A DNA stretch of 64,000 nt, taken from assembly GCF_009834535.1 (NCBI RefSeq), contig NC_045696.1:56856001-56920000 (forward strand), given 5' to 3'. The DNA comes from Camelus ferus. Lineage: Eukaryota. Numbering within the stretch: position 1 is the stretch's first letter; every line of letters starts with the position of its first letter. Shown in pieces: positions 14,510 to 27,924 of the stretch. Both the position numbers and the translations under genes were made by a program. Under the pieces are notes generated by a model. It was not told the DNA's origin and searched no databases. It was given only the letters and a program-made list of their open reading frames with translations.

Positions 14510-14760
14510 TAATAAGAAAGACTAAATGTTTGGAATCAGAAAACCTGGGTTTGAGGTCAGTGTTCTGACACTTAATAGCTCAATGAACTTGGAAAAGTCA
14601 CTCTGCTACTCAGTTTTCTCCATGAATATAATACTCCTTTTCCTCAGTTTCTTCCAGGGTTTTTGCTAGGTTCAGATCTTTTTGTATATAAGATCTTTTG
14701 TATGTAAGATCTTTTTGTATACTTTTAAATGCTACATGAATGTTACTTGTTATGATGATG
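14510..14760 (+). mobile_element. MIR SINE containing a local 16-17 bp triplication (14674-14721)
   Basis: ggaatcagaaaacctgggtttg...cacttaatagctcaatgaacttggaaaagtcac...ctcagttttctc. Unit AGATCTTTT(T)GTAT occurs three times. Confidence 0.6.
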
Positions 14761-16204
14761 CTGATGACAAGAATTCATATGCCCAGTGTGGTGCCTGGTT
14801 ATTACTAAGGAATAACTAATCTCTCCTAATTACCTCCTTCTAGAAATCACAGCAGACTCTTGAACACTGTCATTCATAAATACCTTTGCGTTCAGAGAGC
14901 AAACAGATATCTAGGGTCCAATTGCTGGAGTCATGGCTGTGCTATCAGCTAGCACATTTCTGGTAACCTCTCAATGTTACTGCCAACCTGAGGTGTGGTT
15001 GTCAGCTCACAGTCGCCTGTCATCTGTCAGAGGCTGAGATTTTTAGTGAGGGAAGAAAAGTCTAAGGACCGTTTGCTTTTTTGCCCTTGAAAAGAAAATA
15101 AAATTGTTTGGTAGAAAAGCCATTTAAAGGTCTGACAAAAGCCTAACATTTATTCTTTTAAAATGTGCTATTATGAAATAGTTCAGACATATAAAAATTT
15201 ATAACAATTTATAGTAGACATTCACATATCCACCACCCATCTTAAGAAATAAAACACCAGCAATATAGTTAAAGCCCTTTGGTACCCCTCCTAGATTGCA
15301 TCTTGAATTTTGTTACTTATAATACAGGGCATTTTTCTGTATTTTTGCTACTAACCAACTTCAATTCTTTATAAGAACAGATCTTTCTAGGCTTATCACA
15401 GTTCTATATCCCAATATTCTTTCTTTTTCTCCTGTTTTAGAGGTTATAGTGCTTCTTTTTAAAACTAAATTTCTCACTATCGTACATGTTTTTAACATCT
15501 CAAGAATTCAGTTTGGTAGAATATATATATATATACTTATAATGAGGCACCAATACTTATTATCTTTATAAATTGCAGAATGTCTCCCCTACTCCTCCCC
15601 CTCCCTGAACCTCTTCCCTCTTCTTATTTGCATTGGCATGTGGACTTCTTGTTCCCACCAAATGAGTCAGTCGAGATAGAATGAATGTCAGTGTCTCCTG
15701 AAAAAAAAGATACCATACTGTCTTGTAAAGCCACAAAAAAGCATTAGCTTGAGCTAACGCTGAAAAAAATTGGGAGAGCTCACAAAAAAGTCTGGATTTC
15801 TGGCTTCTTTAAAAAAATTGAAAAGACTGATAGTATAGCACCCACATTCCTAAATGGTAATAATCCACTTGAACCAAGTAGCAGCTGCTTCTTTTAGATG
15901 AGGCACTATCCATTTTGCCATATTCCTGTGACACCTTTTTTCTCCTCAAGACTAAAACCTATACCAATCGCCATTTATTATCACATTTGAACTGCTGATG
16001 ATCCTCACGGTAGAGAAGAAAACCTTTTCTTTACCCATATCAGTACTATGAAAAGCGGTGAAACAAAGAAAAAAAAATCTATCAAAAAGGCCACATCCAC
16101 TCTTAAGCTACCCTCAAAAAAACACAGATGCCTAGAAAAAACAGTTTGCTCACTTCTCAATCATAAATTTAAGTCCCCCTCTTCTCCTAACAATCAGATT
16201 GCTG

Positions 16205-16478
16205 GGAGTTTGAAATTTGTAGATACTGACAGGCATATGTAGAATAGATAAACAAGATTGTACTGTATAGTACAGGGAAATATATACAAGATCTTGTGGT
16301 AGCTCACAGTGAAAAAGAATGTGACAATGAATATATGTATGATCATGTATAACTGAAAAATTGTGCTCTACACTGGAAATTGATACAACATTGTAAAATG
16401 ATTATAACTCAATAAAAAATTGCAAAAAAAAAAAAAAAGGAAAAAGAAAATTACTTACCATGGGGGGAAAAAAAGAAG
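16205..16478 (+). mobile_element. Young, heavily 5'-truncated L1 3' end with poly(A)
   Basis: Perfect 15-bp TSD ACAATCAGATTGCTG at 16190-16204 and 16479-16493. AATAAA then an A-tract. Body is homologous to the reverse-strand copy at 58481-58717. Confidence 0.9.
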
Positions 16479-19400
16479 ACAATCAGATTGCTGCCTTTAA
16501 GATCCTCTTCTATACAAATGTTCTCTGGTCATCCCCACCCCTCTCCACAAAACATACAACCACCATCCACTTCCCTTGTCTGGATTCGTATGTAGTTTTA
16601 ACATAGACTTGAGGCAATGGGTTTGGAAAATGAGACAAGAGAAATATAAGAAGAGGATAAATGTCAAAACACTCTCAGTGTAAGTTAGAGCTTTAAATTT
16701 AGGAGTGAGACACAGGAACCAACACATCGTAGACAGCACTCTTTGCAAAAGAGTTTCACAGTAGAGACCCACTTACAATATGATTTATAAATTGTTGCTA
16801 CTGAGATTAAGGTGTCTGCTCTCCTAACATCTCATGAGGAAGCCAATCTAAAATGTGATGATGAAGGATAAGCTCTAACCTTGGAAATTATATTGAGAGG
16901 TAAGGCTTTAATGACCAAAGCACTTTGTGGACTAATAGGGAATATTAAAAAGGAAGAGAAGGAAAGGGGAAAAGATTGTGAGTCTTTAGCTAGCAGCATC
17001 CAAGGAAAATAGCACTGTCTGTCTGGCAGGTAGACACAAGAATTTCAATCCCTAGCAAGGTGTTCTCTGGACAGAGCAGGTATAAATCTTCTGGCTTTTG
17101 CATAAATTATTCAAATACCTTCTCTCTGGCTTCATGTTTAATTCTTCTAATTATTATTTTGGGAAGAGTGTGTCTTAGCTAATAGAAATGAGGACAAGTA
17201 CTCCCTGATGTAAGAACATCTGATTTACAAACAACTGGAAACTTTGGGATATTTTCTCAATATTATAACCCTGTTCCACGTACCACTCTTCCCATCCGTG
17301 AAACCCCTGCTAGTTGTTCTCCTATTGCAGATCACACAAGAAGGGACATGTAGAGGTCCTTCTATATCAGAACTTCTCTTTCCACCTCTTCTTCCCTAAG
17401 CCCCTCTACCATCTCTGTCATGGGAGGTAGAGTGTCAAGGGAAAGCTGCTACCATAGGATAAATGTATTCCTGGTGTCTTTATGTAGAATTCAGAATGTC
17501 TTTTCCTATATAAATAATATTATAAACTGTGGCTAAATGTAGTTGAAATAATACTGAAAGTATAATACTCAAACATGTTTTTGGGTGGATCAGTCTTTTT
17601 GAATTAATCTGGGACTTCAAGTATGATTGAAAAAACATATTCCACACTTAAAAAAAAAGATTTATGTACAAATGAGATTTTGGGAACAATCTGTTTCTGA
17701 ATTTGAGAAATGTCTTTGCTCTATTGCTATTATAAATTATTGCTCATCATTAACTTATAATAACCCTGGCTTCCTTATTTTTGATTTTTTAAACAAAGGA
17801 ATGTAATTAGGAGACCTGACATCTTCCAGGAGCTAGGGAAGACTAAGCAAGCCTAAGTGGGGGCCTGAAAGACATGAGGAGGTAGCCACTTAACCAAATG
17901 GAGAACAAGTATCCCTGTTAAGGGAGCGTATTTGCAAAGAACCTGAGGTGAGGAGGAGCTTGACAGGATTGGATCCTGCAGGATACCACAGGCCATGTCA
18001 CAGATCACAAATTTTAGACTTTAATCAAAGATGGGATATTCCATGGGATACCATTGGAATATGTTAATCAGGAGAATGACATGATGACACGATTAGATTC
18101 AGCTTTAGATCCAATCTCTAGTCTATAGTGACCCCACAAAGGTTTAGCCACCCCCCGCCCAAATTAGCTTGTAGCAAATAGCTGCTTCAATCCACTATAC
18201 TGCTACTGGTAGTATTTTGTATAAAGCATTTCTATAGTGTAGACAGCAGCCTTGTATATAATGCATTTCTTAGTCCATTCTTGGAGTAAACCCTTAAAAT
18301 TTAGGATCACTGTGCCCCACATTGCTTCTTAGAAAAATTGACTTTAACTTCTTGGCCTAAGGAATGAATAAGGTGATTGTTTTCTTTATTTCATCTTTAA
18401 TCTTTTAAAATCTAAATAATTTATCAATTTTTCTACTAGCTTCTAAGTTCCTTTCTAGAAATTTCACAGGGTTTAAAATCAATGTCAACTTTTTTTTAGA
18501 CAACTAGAAATTCATTTAGGGAACTGAAGTGGCAATTTATTAGTAAACTGACATAGTAAACTGACGTAGAAGCCCATTGCTTTACTTTGTATTTGTTTCT
18601 GCATTTGGGCCATTCTGCAAAGTGGCAGTTACTTAAGGTCTGAGAGAGTAAGTGCAGCAACCAGATTGCTTAATTTATGACCAGTGAGATATTCTACGGA
18701 GAATTTGGTTATAAAGATCATACTATGCTTTATATTATAAGCATATCTAGGGACTCTTTGGCATCAGTCTCTTTAAAAAATTAAATAAATAAAAGTAACT
18801 AAGTATAATACAAACCTATCCTAGGCTTGTGCTATTGTCTTTTTCTCACATGTGCAGAACTGTCTCTGATTATCCGGAGAGCTCAGCCTGCAGAAGCAGT
18901 GTGTGTGGGGGCGGGGTGGACAGAACGAAATTTTGGCCCTCCATTGCAAACTACTGCCTTTTCAAATGATGCACACATGCTCGATCCATCTGTCTTCAAG
19001 GACTAGGCAGAGTAGTCAGTAAAACTTTCTATTCAGAGTTTGAAGTTGCATTGCCAAATATTAATAACTCATTTTATTTATAACTGAGTCGCCAAAGTAG
19101 GAAAAACAGGTGGTACTCATGAAGAACTCAATAGTAGCCAAATTTCAAAGGTCAGATGCTGCAAGTGTGGAATGAAAGAAAGCATTTTGTATTCATTCTC
19201 TTGCTGTAAAAATGTTTCCCTGTGGCTCCTTTTCCAAATCATAATACTAGTACTTAAGACTGCCCAGGACCTCTCTCCAGAAGTTGTTCAGAATGCAGAC
19301 TTTTAAATATATCCTCACGGTCCTTCATTTCCTTCCCACATAGTCTCTTGCTCTGATAAATTATGGTCATCTAATCTCTCAAATTTATCTGTGAATTGTT

Positions 19401-19644
19401 TTAGTGGTGATTGGTGTTAAACCCCTCTTGGAGATGATGACTGCACAAAACAATGTCTATAATGGTGAAAGAATTCAGTTATGTGACATATCAGTAGGAG
19501 AGATAATTGTGCGCAGATAGGATCTTTTTCTTTCTCAGTCTCACATTCTTTGGTCACGAGACTAACAATAAACTTCTGAGAAATCAAGAATTGAAGAGAT
19601 GCCAGGAGACAGTTTAACGAAGTTCAAATTTTCAATAGGGAAAA

Positions 19645-20460
19645 AAGGTTATCTTTTGGCTTCCCAGTGTCCCTCTATCCTTCTTTTCATAGCAACACTG
19701 ATTCTTCTTTTGAGAAATTACCACTTTGCCCACTGGAATGGGATATTAGGGTTACTTGATGTCCCCTAGCCATGGGGTGGCCCTGTGACTCATTATAACC
19801 AATCAATTCCTAACCCCTAGATGAGCATCAAAAAGACTGAATTTGTGTGGATTTCATTCACCCTAATAAGGACAGTGTGAAGAGACCATTCATTTATTCT
19901 TATTACTGAGACAGCCAAAATGGCTCTGGTTTTTGATCTTTCTGAGCCTGGTTATTTAATCTTCTCTTTTTTGGCCTTTCAATGAATTCTTTTTTGTTGC
20001 TTAAGATAGCTAGAGTCAATTTCTGTTGTTTGCAAACAAAGAACTCTAATTGACACAAATGTTTGTTCTAAACTGGGGAATATGGTATTTATCCTGTAAG
20101 ATTCTAGGTATATGGGCAGTCATTAGTATTATCTTTCCAATTCCCCTACCACTTATGTGGTAGGACTGGCCTTCCCAGTCTCTTAGAAAGATTGGTCAAA
20201 TGATTATTTTTTTTTTTTTGGCCAATGAAAATGTGATTGGAAACAATATGTAGTAATTCTAGGTGGAAACTTTAAAGAGCTTGTGTTTGCAGTTTGCCAC
20301 TGGGAAGCTCCTGACCAGATGAAGTCTGCTAGCATGGGTGTTTGAGAGACTGTGATGAGGAGAGCTTCTCTGTTATTTTACATGTGACTTGCAGTATGAG
20401 GTTGCTAGAAACTTTTGTTAAGCTATTGAGATTATGGGGTGGGGAGTGTTACTGACAGTA
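19645..20460 (+). mobile_element. Two old MLT1-type MaLR LTR remnants (~19645-20056 and ~20140-20460)
   Basis: MLT1-like 3' ends gcttaagatagctagagtcaatttctgttgtttgcaaacaaagaactctaattgacaca and ttgttaagctattgagattatgggg...gttactgacag. Confidence 0.55.
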
Positions 20461-21269
20461 CTACAAGAGTGACTTTAGAGGATGTAGAAAAGTGGATAGT
20501 TTCCTGGTTACCAGCACTGAGTCATAAAAGACAAGACATATTGGGTATTTTACTCTCTTACTTTTAAAAATCAGAGTCATTAGACTAGAAATATAAGGAA
20601 AATAGAAAAGACTAGTGTTTCTCAAACTTAGGTAATAATTAAATCTTACCAAGAGGGAAGAGGATAGACTATCTAAATTATTTTTATTTTAATGGTAATT
20701 AAATATAAATGAAACTATATACCAAGATCATCCAATATGACTCTAATAAAGCTACAAAGTCAGTATTATTAAATTCATCCTGTTAATTTCATGTGACAGT
20801 TGATATTGTTTAGATGAGCTAAAATCCCAGTTTATCTATGTGAACGTGGTACTAACTTCCATGGGTTTGGTCTTCCAATCCTACCACATGCCATGTGATG
20901 ATTCAGGTCACCCACGTCTTTTCTTTATTTGAAACACTGCAAAATCATCACTTAGAGAGGACATAATGATGTCATTTGGCCTGCTTTTTGTGTGCATGCA
21001 TCATTTAAGTATTAAGGCATCCTCAATTTTTTAAATTAACAATTAAAGTAGTAGTTCTTGGTACCAATGTGAGGATAAATGCAGACCCAGAAACAGAAGC
21101 GTGGGAGTCCTCAGTAAAGGACAATATAAAGAGGTCATCCAAATTATATTGAATATGTCTGTATTGATATAATTTTTAAAATAAAAGAACATTAGAATAC
21201 TTCTCATATGGAACTTGAAGACCTCTGAGGATGTATCTTTGAACTACTAGGAATAGCATATTCTAATTT

Positions 21270-21590
21270 GAAAAATATTGAACTTGATAAAAAATGTCAA
21301 AGTTTCAATAATAAGGCACAATATATCTAACAATACTGGACAGTCTTATGGATAGAAAAGATAGGTAAATTATTAAACCATAGCCTAATTAGTTGGATGT
21401 TTATTAGTGGGTCAGTATCAACTTGGACAGAGGTTTCTAGTGTCATGGTTTGGAGCTCTGTCCTTAGATTTGTTTTATTCTATAATTTCATCCAAATCAC
21501 AAATAAAAATGTTGAATATGTGCTAAACCAATATCAGTGATAAACTGGAGATGAAAATGAGTATGTTGCATAAAGAAATATCCAAAACAA
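21270..21590 (+). mobile_element. CR1/L3 LINE RT fragment
   Basis: tggacagaggtttctagtgtcatggtttggagctctgtccttagatttgttttattc is a degenerate version of the CR1 RT motif W-EVSSGVPQGSVLGPVLF. Confidence 0.6.
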
Positions 21591-21599
21591 AGTTTAAAT

Positions 21600-23990
21600 C
21601 ATCTCTCTCTTAAGATTTGATTCTTATGTCATCAGATGTCTATTCTACCCACTACCCCACCTGTTTGCAGTCATGTACTGACCCCCAGAAGATTACTCCT
21701 CTTCATTTTTGTCACTCTCTCCAGTAATACTCCTATCTTGATTCTTGATGATTTCTTTATGCACGCAAATGATCCTTCCAACTGCCTGATTTTTCAGTTT
21801 CTTGACTTCCTTTCTTCCAGTGACCTTGTCTTTCATCTTACCTCAGCCACCCTATAGGTCATAACTTAAACCCTGTGCTTGTCAATAACTGAAACCCTTG
21901 TATGATTTCAATGTCAAGCTTTGACTGACTACCCCTTCCTTTAACCTTCCTAGTTCATTTCTTTCAGCGTCTCAATTCCAATAATCCCTTGAACCTGTTA
22001 CCAGGAGAGGGGAAAAAAGTTATCTCGGTTCTATTTACCTGAAGAAAATGAATTTTTAATGAGAGACAGAAAGCATGATATAAACAGAAGATTTGATTAG
22101 TAAAGTAAAAAGGTGGTAAAATATAGTACACTCCTGAGAACTGGGGTCAAGCCAACCCAAGAGAGGAAAGAATGGTGCCACTCCTTTGTTTTTTCCTGTT
22201 CTTATATCTTGGCTTAGGGGGCATTTTCATGATTGATTGATTAACTGCTCACGTTCCTTGTGCTCAGGCATGCCCATCCCTTTCGCACATGTCCCTACCC
22301 ATGATGCACACAGAGAAACAAATCTAAGGGAGGGGGCTCAAACTGCAATGTTAATTACATTATAATGAGCATTGGGTCAAGTTAAGCCAGGTCCTTCTCT
22401 CTACTGAGCAGCCACAGCCTTCAGTTCTAGCCAGCTTCTTTGCTGGCCCTCATTTAGAGAAGTTAAAAGTTTTTGGACCCCTTATCCTGAGCGCAGGTGT
22501 ACTGTTATTTTCTGAGTTGCTCCCTCCACCTTCCTCTCCTCTTGCCCAGTGCTCACTTCTATCTAATTGCCTAACAAACCCACCAGGAGCAATAAAGTAT
22601 CTACCCTATTTCCTTTTCACTATGTCATCACTTATGTCTTCACTTCCTTAGTTATTCAGCTTGAATTCCATAGTCAATCATTATATTAACTCCCTTGCCT
22701 ATACTCTTCGGCCTATTTCTGCTTTCTCACTGTATTGTTCTCACTTGTCTTCAATCCTAGTTAAAACCAATTTTATGCCTCTTGCATGCCTGTACTTGTT
22801 TAGTTGACATGACTAAAGAAAAACACACAACTATACTGACTGATCTCAATTTATATTCATTATCATTAATCGTTAAGTGGGCCCTTAAGGCTGCCTAGCA
22901 ATTATACTCCCACTCTGTTAGACTTAGATAATTATTTCATTCCTTTTTTCTTCTTAAACCTCTAACACTTCTTCCTTCATCCTCACTTTTAGTTTATGAT
23001 CTTTCTTCCTCTTTTCCTGAGAATATAGAAGCAATAATTAAAGAACTTCCAAAAGCATCATCACCTTTTCTATCTACCCTTATGCATCTGTGACCATATA
23101 CTCTGCTTTCTCCCCTGTTATTATGGATAAATCCTATGTACTTCTAGATAAGGTTAGGCTCTCAACTTGTGTTCTCAGTCTTTTCCCTTCTCTCCTACTC
23201 AAGAATATGTCCAACTATTTTCCCCACTTTTCATGCATCATTGATTTCTTCCTCTCTAATGGATTTTTCCTAATAATAAATAAACATGCTGTTTATATTC
23301 TATCTCAAAAAAAAAAAAAAAAACCAAACTCCCTTCTCTTGATCTCACTTCCCTTCAGCTATGTGCCATTTCTCTTCTTCCCTTTACCACAAAACCCAAA
23401 GAAAAATGTATTTATACACTTGATCTCCAATTCCTCTATTCCCATTTGTTTTTAATCTTTGCTAAATAAGCTTTTGCTCTTGCCACTCTATCACAACCAC
23501 TCCTGTCAATATCATCCATGACCTCAAGTCTTCATCTTACAGATTTTCAGCAGTATTTGACACAGTTGAGCATGCCTTCTATTCACTTGGCCCAAAGAAC
23601 ACACTCTATTGGTTTTTCAACTATCTCTTGGTCCTTTTAATTCTTGTTCCCAGGTCATTACCTACTTGTGTTGGAATGCCATAGGGCTCAGTCTTTGTAC
23701 TTCTTCTCTTTTCTATCTATATTCATTCTCTTGGTGGTCTCTTCCAAAATCATGCCTTAAAATACCATCTAAATGCTGATGACTCACAAATTTATATCTT
23801 TCTAATATTCATAGCTTAGACCTCTTCCCTGAATACCTGACTTAAATATCCAACTACCAACTAACAAAGACCTAAATATTAACAGGTCCAAAATTAAGTC
23901 CTGATCTGCCCTTCCTTCAAAACCTTCTCTTTCCTAAGTTGTTCCCTGACCAACTAATGGCAACTCCATTCTTTTAATTGTTCAGGCCTG
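21600..23990 (+). mobile_element. L2 LINE ORF2 remnant interrupted by an LTR
   Basis: Pyrimidine-rich L2-like sequence: endonuclease region ILILDDFFMHANDPSN, cagcagtatttgacacagttga (SAAFDTVD-like), gggctcagtcttt, aataccatctaaatgctgatgactcacaaatttatatct (YHLxADDSQIYI). Confidence 0.8.
21996..22576 (-). mobile_element. ERV solo LTR (class I/ERV1-like, 581 bp)
   Basis: Termini TGTTA...TAACA with a 4-bp TSD AACC (21992-21995, 22577-22580). TATA-like GATATAAG on the minus strand near 22201. It splits the L2. Confidence 0.8.
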
Positions 23991-24109
23991 AGACTATAAC
24001 CTTCCATTGATAGTGTACCACTATATATAGTGATAGGAGCCGTATCACTTATTTAATGGTTCTTGATATTAGTAAATTTAAAAAAAATATTGATCAACTA
24101 CTTAGCTCA

Positions 24110-25490
24110 ATATTTTAAGTAAGAGGACTTCTATTTTATGGTATCTAGGGTCAAGAAGATTGTCTCCATATTTCTGGGAACCATAATTTAAGAGGGCTAT
24201 AGGTATTTGGAAAGTAATAGGAGGAAAGTAGCTAAGATATTGAGGGAAAGTAAAGCCATGTTTTATGAGGAATAGTTAAAGAAACTGAGGCTATATTTAA
24301 TGTAGAGAAGAAAGAAATTGAAGAAGTGATATCTGTTATTAAATATTTCTAGAGTCCTTCACGTGGAAGGGAGATTACCATACTTGGGCTGTCCATCTTG
24401 GTTCACTTAGATCATTAGAGATGTGACAATGCTTTCTTCTTCTAAGAATGGATGGACTTGATGATTAGCCACTAGGAGAAAATGATACTGCAAGATTTAC
24501 ACCATTTAGTTCCCAAGACATCATTTATATATTTATAACAAAAAAAAGAAAGAAACAATATCTTGAGATGTTTTACAGTCTTAATATCTTGCTGCATGTC
24601 CTGAGGATTTTTGTATGATTGTTACTTTGCAATATCTCTAGGTGTAGAGGAAACCCATCATTCAGTGTCCTAAAAGGAAATGTTTAGTTGGAAGTTACTA
24701 CATCTCACATGAGAAGGAGATGAGCAGGTATCTCTTGGGTAGAGAAGTAGTGACAGGATCATGTCCCTTGACCCAGAATCTACATGAAACTTTTTCTGTC
24801 CACTCTTTAGACAGAGGGTTCTTTTCTGCTCAAGTGTGGAAAAGTTTCAGAAAAGAGATACTTCCTTCAAGGGCTAGAAAACAAATGGGAGTTAATGTGA
24901 TATCTGTCACTCATAGTTTTGAACCTTTTACTCATGCTTATAAAATAACCTATTATTTAATTTTTGATCTAGCAAGGAGATAAGAGTCTTTCCCTGAGCT
25001 TCAGCCAAGAATTCCCAAGAAAACTTCCTTTAGGACCAATAGGTCAAAGTTGCAGCATGACTGATTTTGACTTACAATAAAAGCAGTTTTATCATTTTCC
25101 AGGATGTATTGCCTCTAGAGGGGTGATTCTCAACTTTGGCTTCATTTGAAATCACTTAGGAAGTATTAAAAAATTCTGATTTCTGGGTCCCAACCACAGA
25201 GATTCTGATTTAGTTGTTCTGGTCTGGAGCCTCAGAGTGGAGATTTTTAAAAGCTCCCATGGATTTTCCACTGTGTAGCCAAGGTTGAAAACCTCTTCTC
25301 TAGAGGCATTTTACTCCATCTTGACATTGCTGGGGATAGGTAAGTGTAGGATATTGGGAAGGGGAGGCTTCATGTTTTAGATACATGCTGGAAGGCCACT
25401 TGGAGCACATGCTGTTGAGATAATTTAAGTAATAAACAGTTGATTGCAGTAGGTGGCCTTTTATATTTTTCCCAACCTTGAGATTCTATC
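24110..25490 (+). mobile_element. CR1/L3 3' region, fragmented by later insertions
   Basis: gccatgttttatgaggaatagttaaagaaactgaggct (YEE-LKELG-like) at ~24255-24290. Resumes at ~25030 and ends with CR1-type ttcccaaccttgagattctat near 25470-25490. Confidence 0.6.
25121..25297. mobile_element. MER5A-like hAT-Charlie non-autonomous DNA transposon
   Basis: 8-bp TSD CTCTAGAG at 25113-25120 and 25298-25305. Internal cagagattctgatttagttgttctgg and degenerate TIRs gtgattctcaac / gttgaaaacc. Confidence 0.85.
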
Positions 25491-25656
25491 ATTTTATCAA
25501 CCTACCACAATGCACATATATGGAGTCAAAGAAATATATATAAGGACACAAAAATTCCACTGAGATATATAAACGAGGGTGATTTTGCTAATATAACTGC
25601 ATTCCTAGTTTCTGCCTCTTTGGGTGGGTGAACTATTCTATTTTTCTGGCTGCTTT

Positions 25657-25693
25657 TCTAATAAAACTGTGTACATGACACAGTTTTATTAGA
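25657..25693. repeat. Perfect inverted repeat, 16-bp arms, 5-nt spacer
   Basis: TCTAATAAAACTGTGT-acatg-ACACAGTTTTATTAGA. Confidence 0.95.
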
Positions 25694-27924
25694 CTACATT
25701 ATGCACAGCATCATTGAGTCAAAGAGATGTTATTAGCCTGCTTGAAGAAGCTTCTTAACCAGCTGTGAGGGCTTGTTAATATACATTATGATGTTAATAG
25801 TGCACATGAGTATGTGTGAGTAGGTGGTAGGGGACAGAAATTTAAACAAAATTAAAAATGTGAGAGACTGCAGCACATGGGAAATAAATTCTCGTTGCCA
25901 CTAGTCTCAATTATTTTTCATTATTTTCAAGGTCAAGCTGGCAATTTTTCACAACTTCTACCCACAAATGCCCTTCCCGATTGATTGACTTTTACAGCTA
26001 GAAGCTCTCCTTATACTCAGGAGGCAAGCCTGCTTTTTTATTTTATTAAAAAAATCTAAATGCCAAATGAAAAGAATACTGGGCTTCTGTTTATTTTTAT
26101 CTGAATATCAAAACACCATGCAAACTCTACAGCAGCTGGCTTAGTATTAATCTGGGATTTTTAAAAGAAGTTTAAATGATTTAAAAAATAATATGCTGAG
26201 GAAATTGTTATTCTTACTGAATCCAAATAAAGCCTGTTATAACCCTGGTAGGTAGGACTCTCCTAAATCTTCCTTTCCACTTGATAAAGTGTGCTCTCTG
26301 GTGTGGCAAGAGAAAATCTTTCCTTCACCATACTTTTACCTTTCCTATTGTAGAATGAATAAATATCTTATATTCACTTATAACTGTGTAGGACTTTCTC
26401 TCATGGATATTTTTTCCCTAAAAATAAAACAGCTTGGAGAATCAGGGTAAATGATCATAATTTTGTATGTAAAGAAACAAGAGGCTCCCATTGTCATACT
26501 GATAAACAAAGAGAAAGACATATATGAAGTGTGGTATAGGAGGAGAGTGTGGCTAAAATGTGAGAAATGGGGAACAAGGAGGGAGATAGAGACTGTTAGT
26601 AAGAAAATTCCCTCTTCAATTACCAAAGGGGTGGGGTGAGAGTGGGAAGGCACAGAGGGTGCTGATGTTATTACTGTCTTGAAGATGTTGGTAGGAGAAC
26701 CAGGACATTCTCATTTAATGGCTTGTACTTTCTCTAGTAAGGGCAAAGCCATCAGCTAGGGTTACAGTGGGAAAGGAGAAGTTGGAGAAAGTAAAAAGGT
26801 AATGAAATAGTTCTTACAGACTATGACCATGTTTCATTGGTTATCTTACTTTACTCTTGAATCTTTAACAGTTTGTTCTCTGGTTTTACCTCTCTGCCCA
26901 AGAATGATTCCTATCCCCTCCAGCCCTTCCCATTTTACTTTTTAATCTTCTCTGCTTTCTCCTTTTCCTTTACTACCAAACTTCTTGAAATAGTAATTTA
27001 TGAAAGCTACCATGTCTTGCTCATTGCATTTGCTCCTTAAATCCTTAGGGGTTAGGAAAAGACTCAGGAAGAGCTAAAACCAGCCTTCTCTATTCTTTGA
27101 CCTCTTCTTCACTGAGGCACCTGGAAGAAATAATCGGCTATTCTTTCAATGCAATCACAGGGCTCTGCTTATATCAGCCACATTACTCTCATAATAGTGT
27201 TTATAATTAATTGTTTGCATATCTGTTACTCAATTACTATAAGCCTTTCAAGTTAGTATTACTCTTTCTCTTTTTTTTTTTCTTTTGCCCCCTATAACAT
27301 CTAGCATTCCACCTAGCACAAAGTAGGGATGCAATATATACTTGTTGAATAAATGAAGCATTTTATCTAACTTGTGGCTTTATTACATTTAAAAAAATTC
27401 AGGACTGAAATTCTAGCATGGAGCATAAATATCACATATTATTATTTGTTCAGCAAATATTTATTGGACACCTACCATATGCCAAATACTACTGTAAGTG
27501 CCAACAATACAACCATGAACTAAATGGACAAAAATTGGTGTTTACGGATTATAAAACTGGTATCTACTCTTGGTATTTTTCCTCTTCTATTATCCTGTAC
27601 TGTCAAAGACTAAGGCCTTCATTAAGCCTGATATGCATAAGGGGAGTTAAGCTCCTTCCTTATCATCTGCTTTGCTTCTCACATCTTTTAAAACATATGC
27701 TTTTGTAGCTACTACCCTTGATTCCTTTAGCCATCTTCCTTTCTTGGACTGTGGAAATCTCTGTAAGAGTTGATGGATTATAAATATGGTAACCACATTT
27801 TAAAATGTATAAATCAGGGCACATATCCTTTTTTTAATGAATGAAAGATTCTTTAAATTCTATGCTGCTTTACAATTTTCAAAAGTTTCACACACATGAT
27901 TTCATATAATCCCATAATAACCCA

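Noticed and set aside
14674..14721. Short direct-repeat arrays (also ~347-367, ~18541-18565, ~32418-32443, ~33089-33118, ~47036-47060) as a CRISPR-like or functional array
   Set aside because: Two or three adjacent copies without spacers; ordinary slippage duplications in a mammalian genome.
15590..16070. Possible ancient DNA transposon fragment
   Set aside because: It looks repeat-like but I could not identify TIRs, a TSD or a family with enough confidence to list it.
16451..16467. TACTTACC resembling the U1 snRNA 5' end
   Set aside because: Only about 8 nt match and the rest of U1 is absent.
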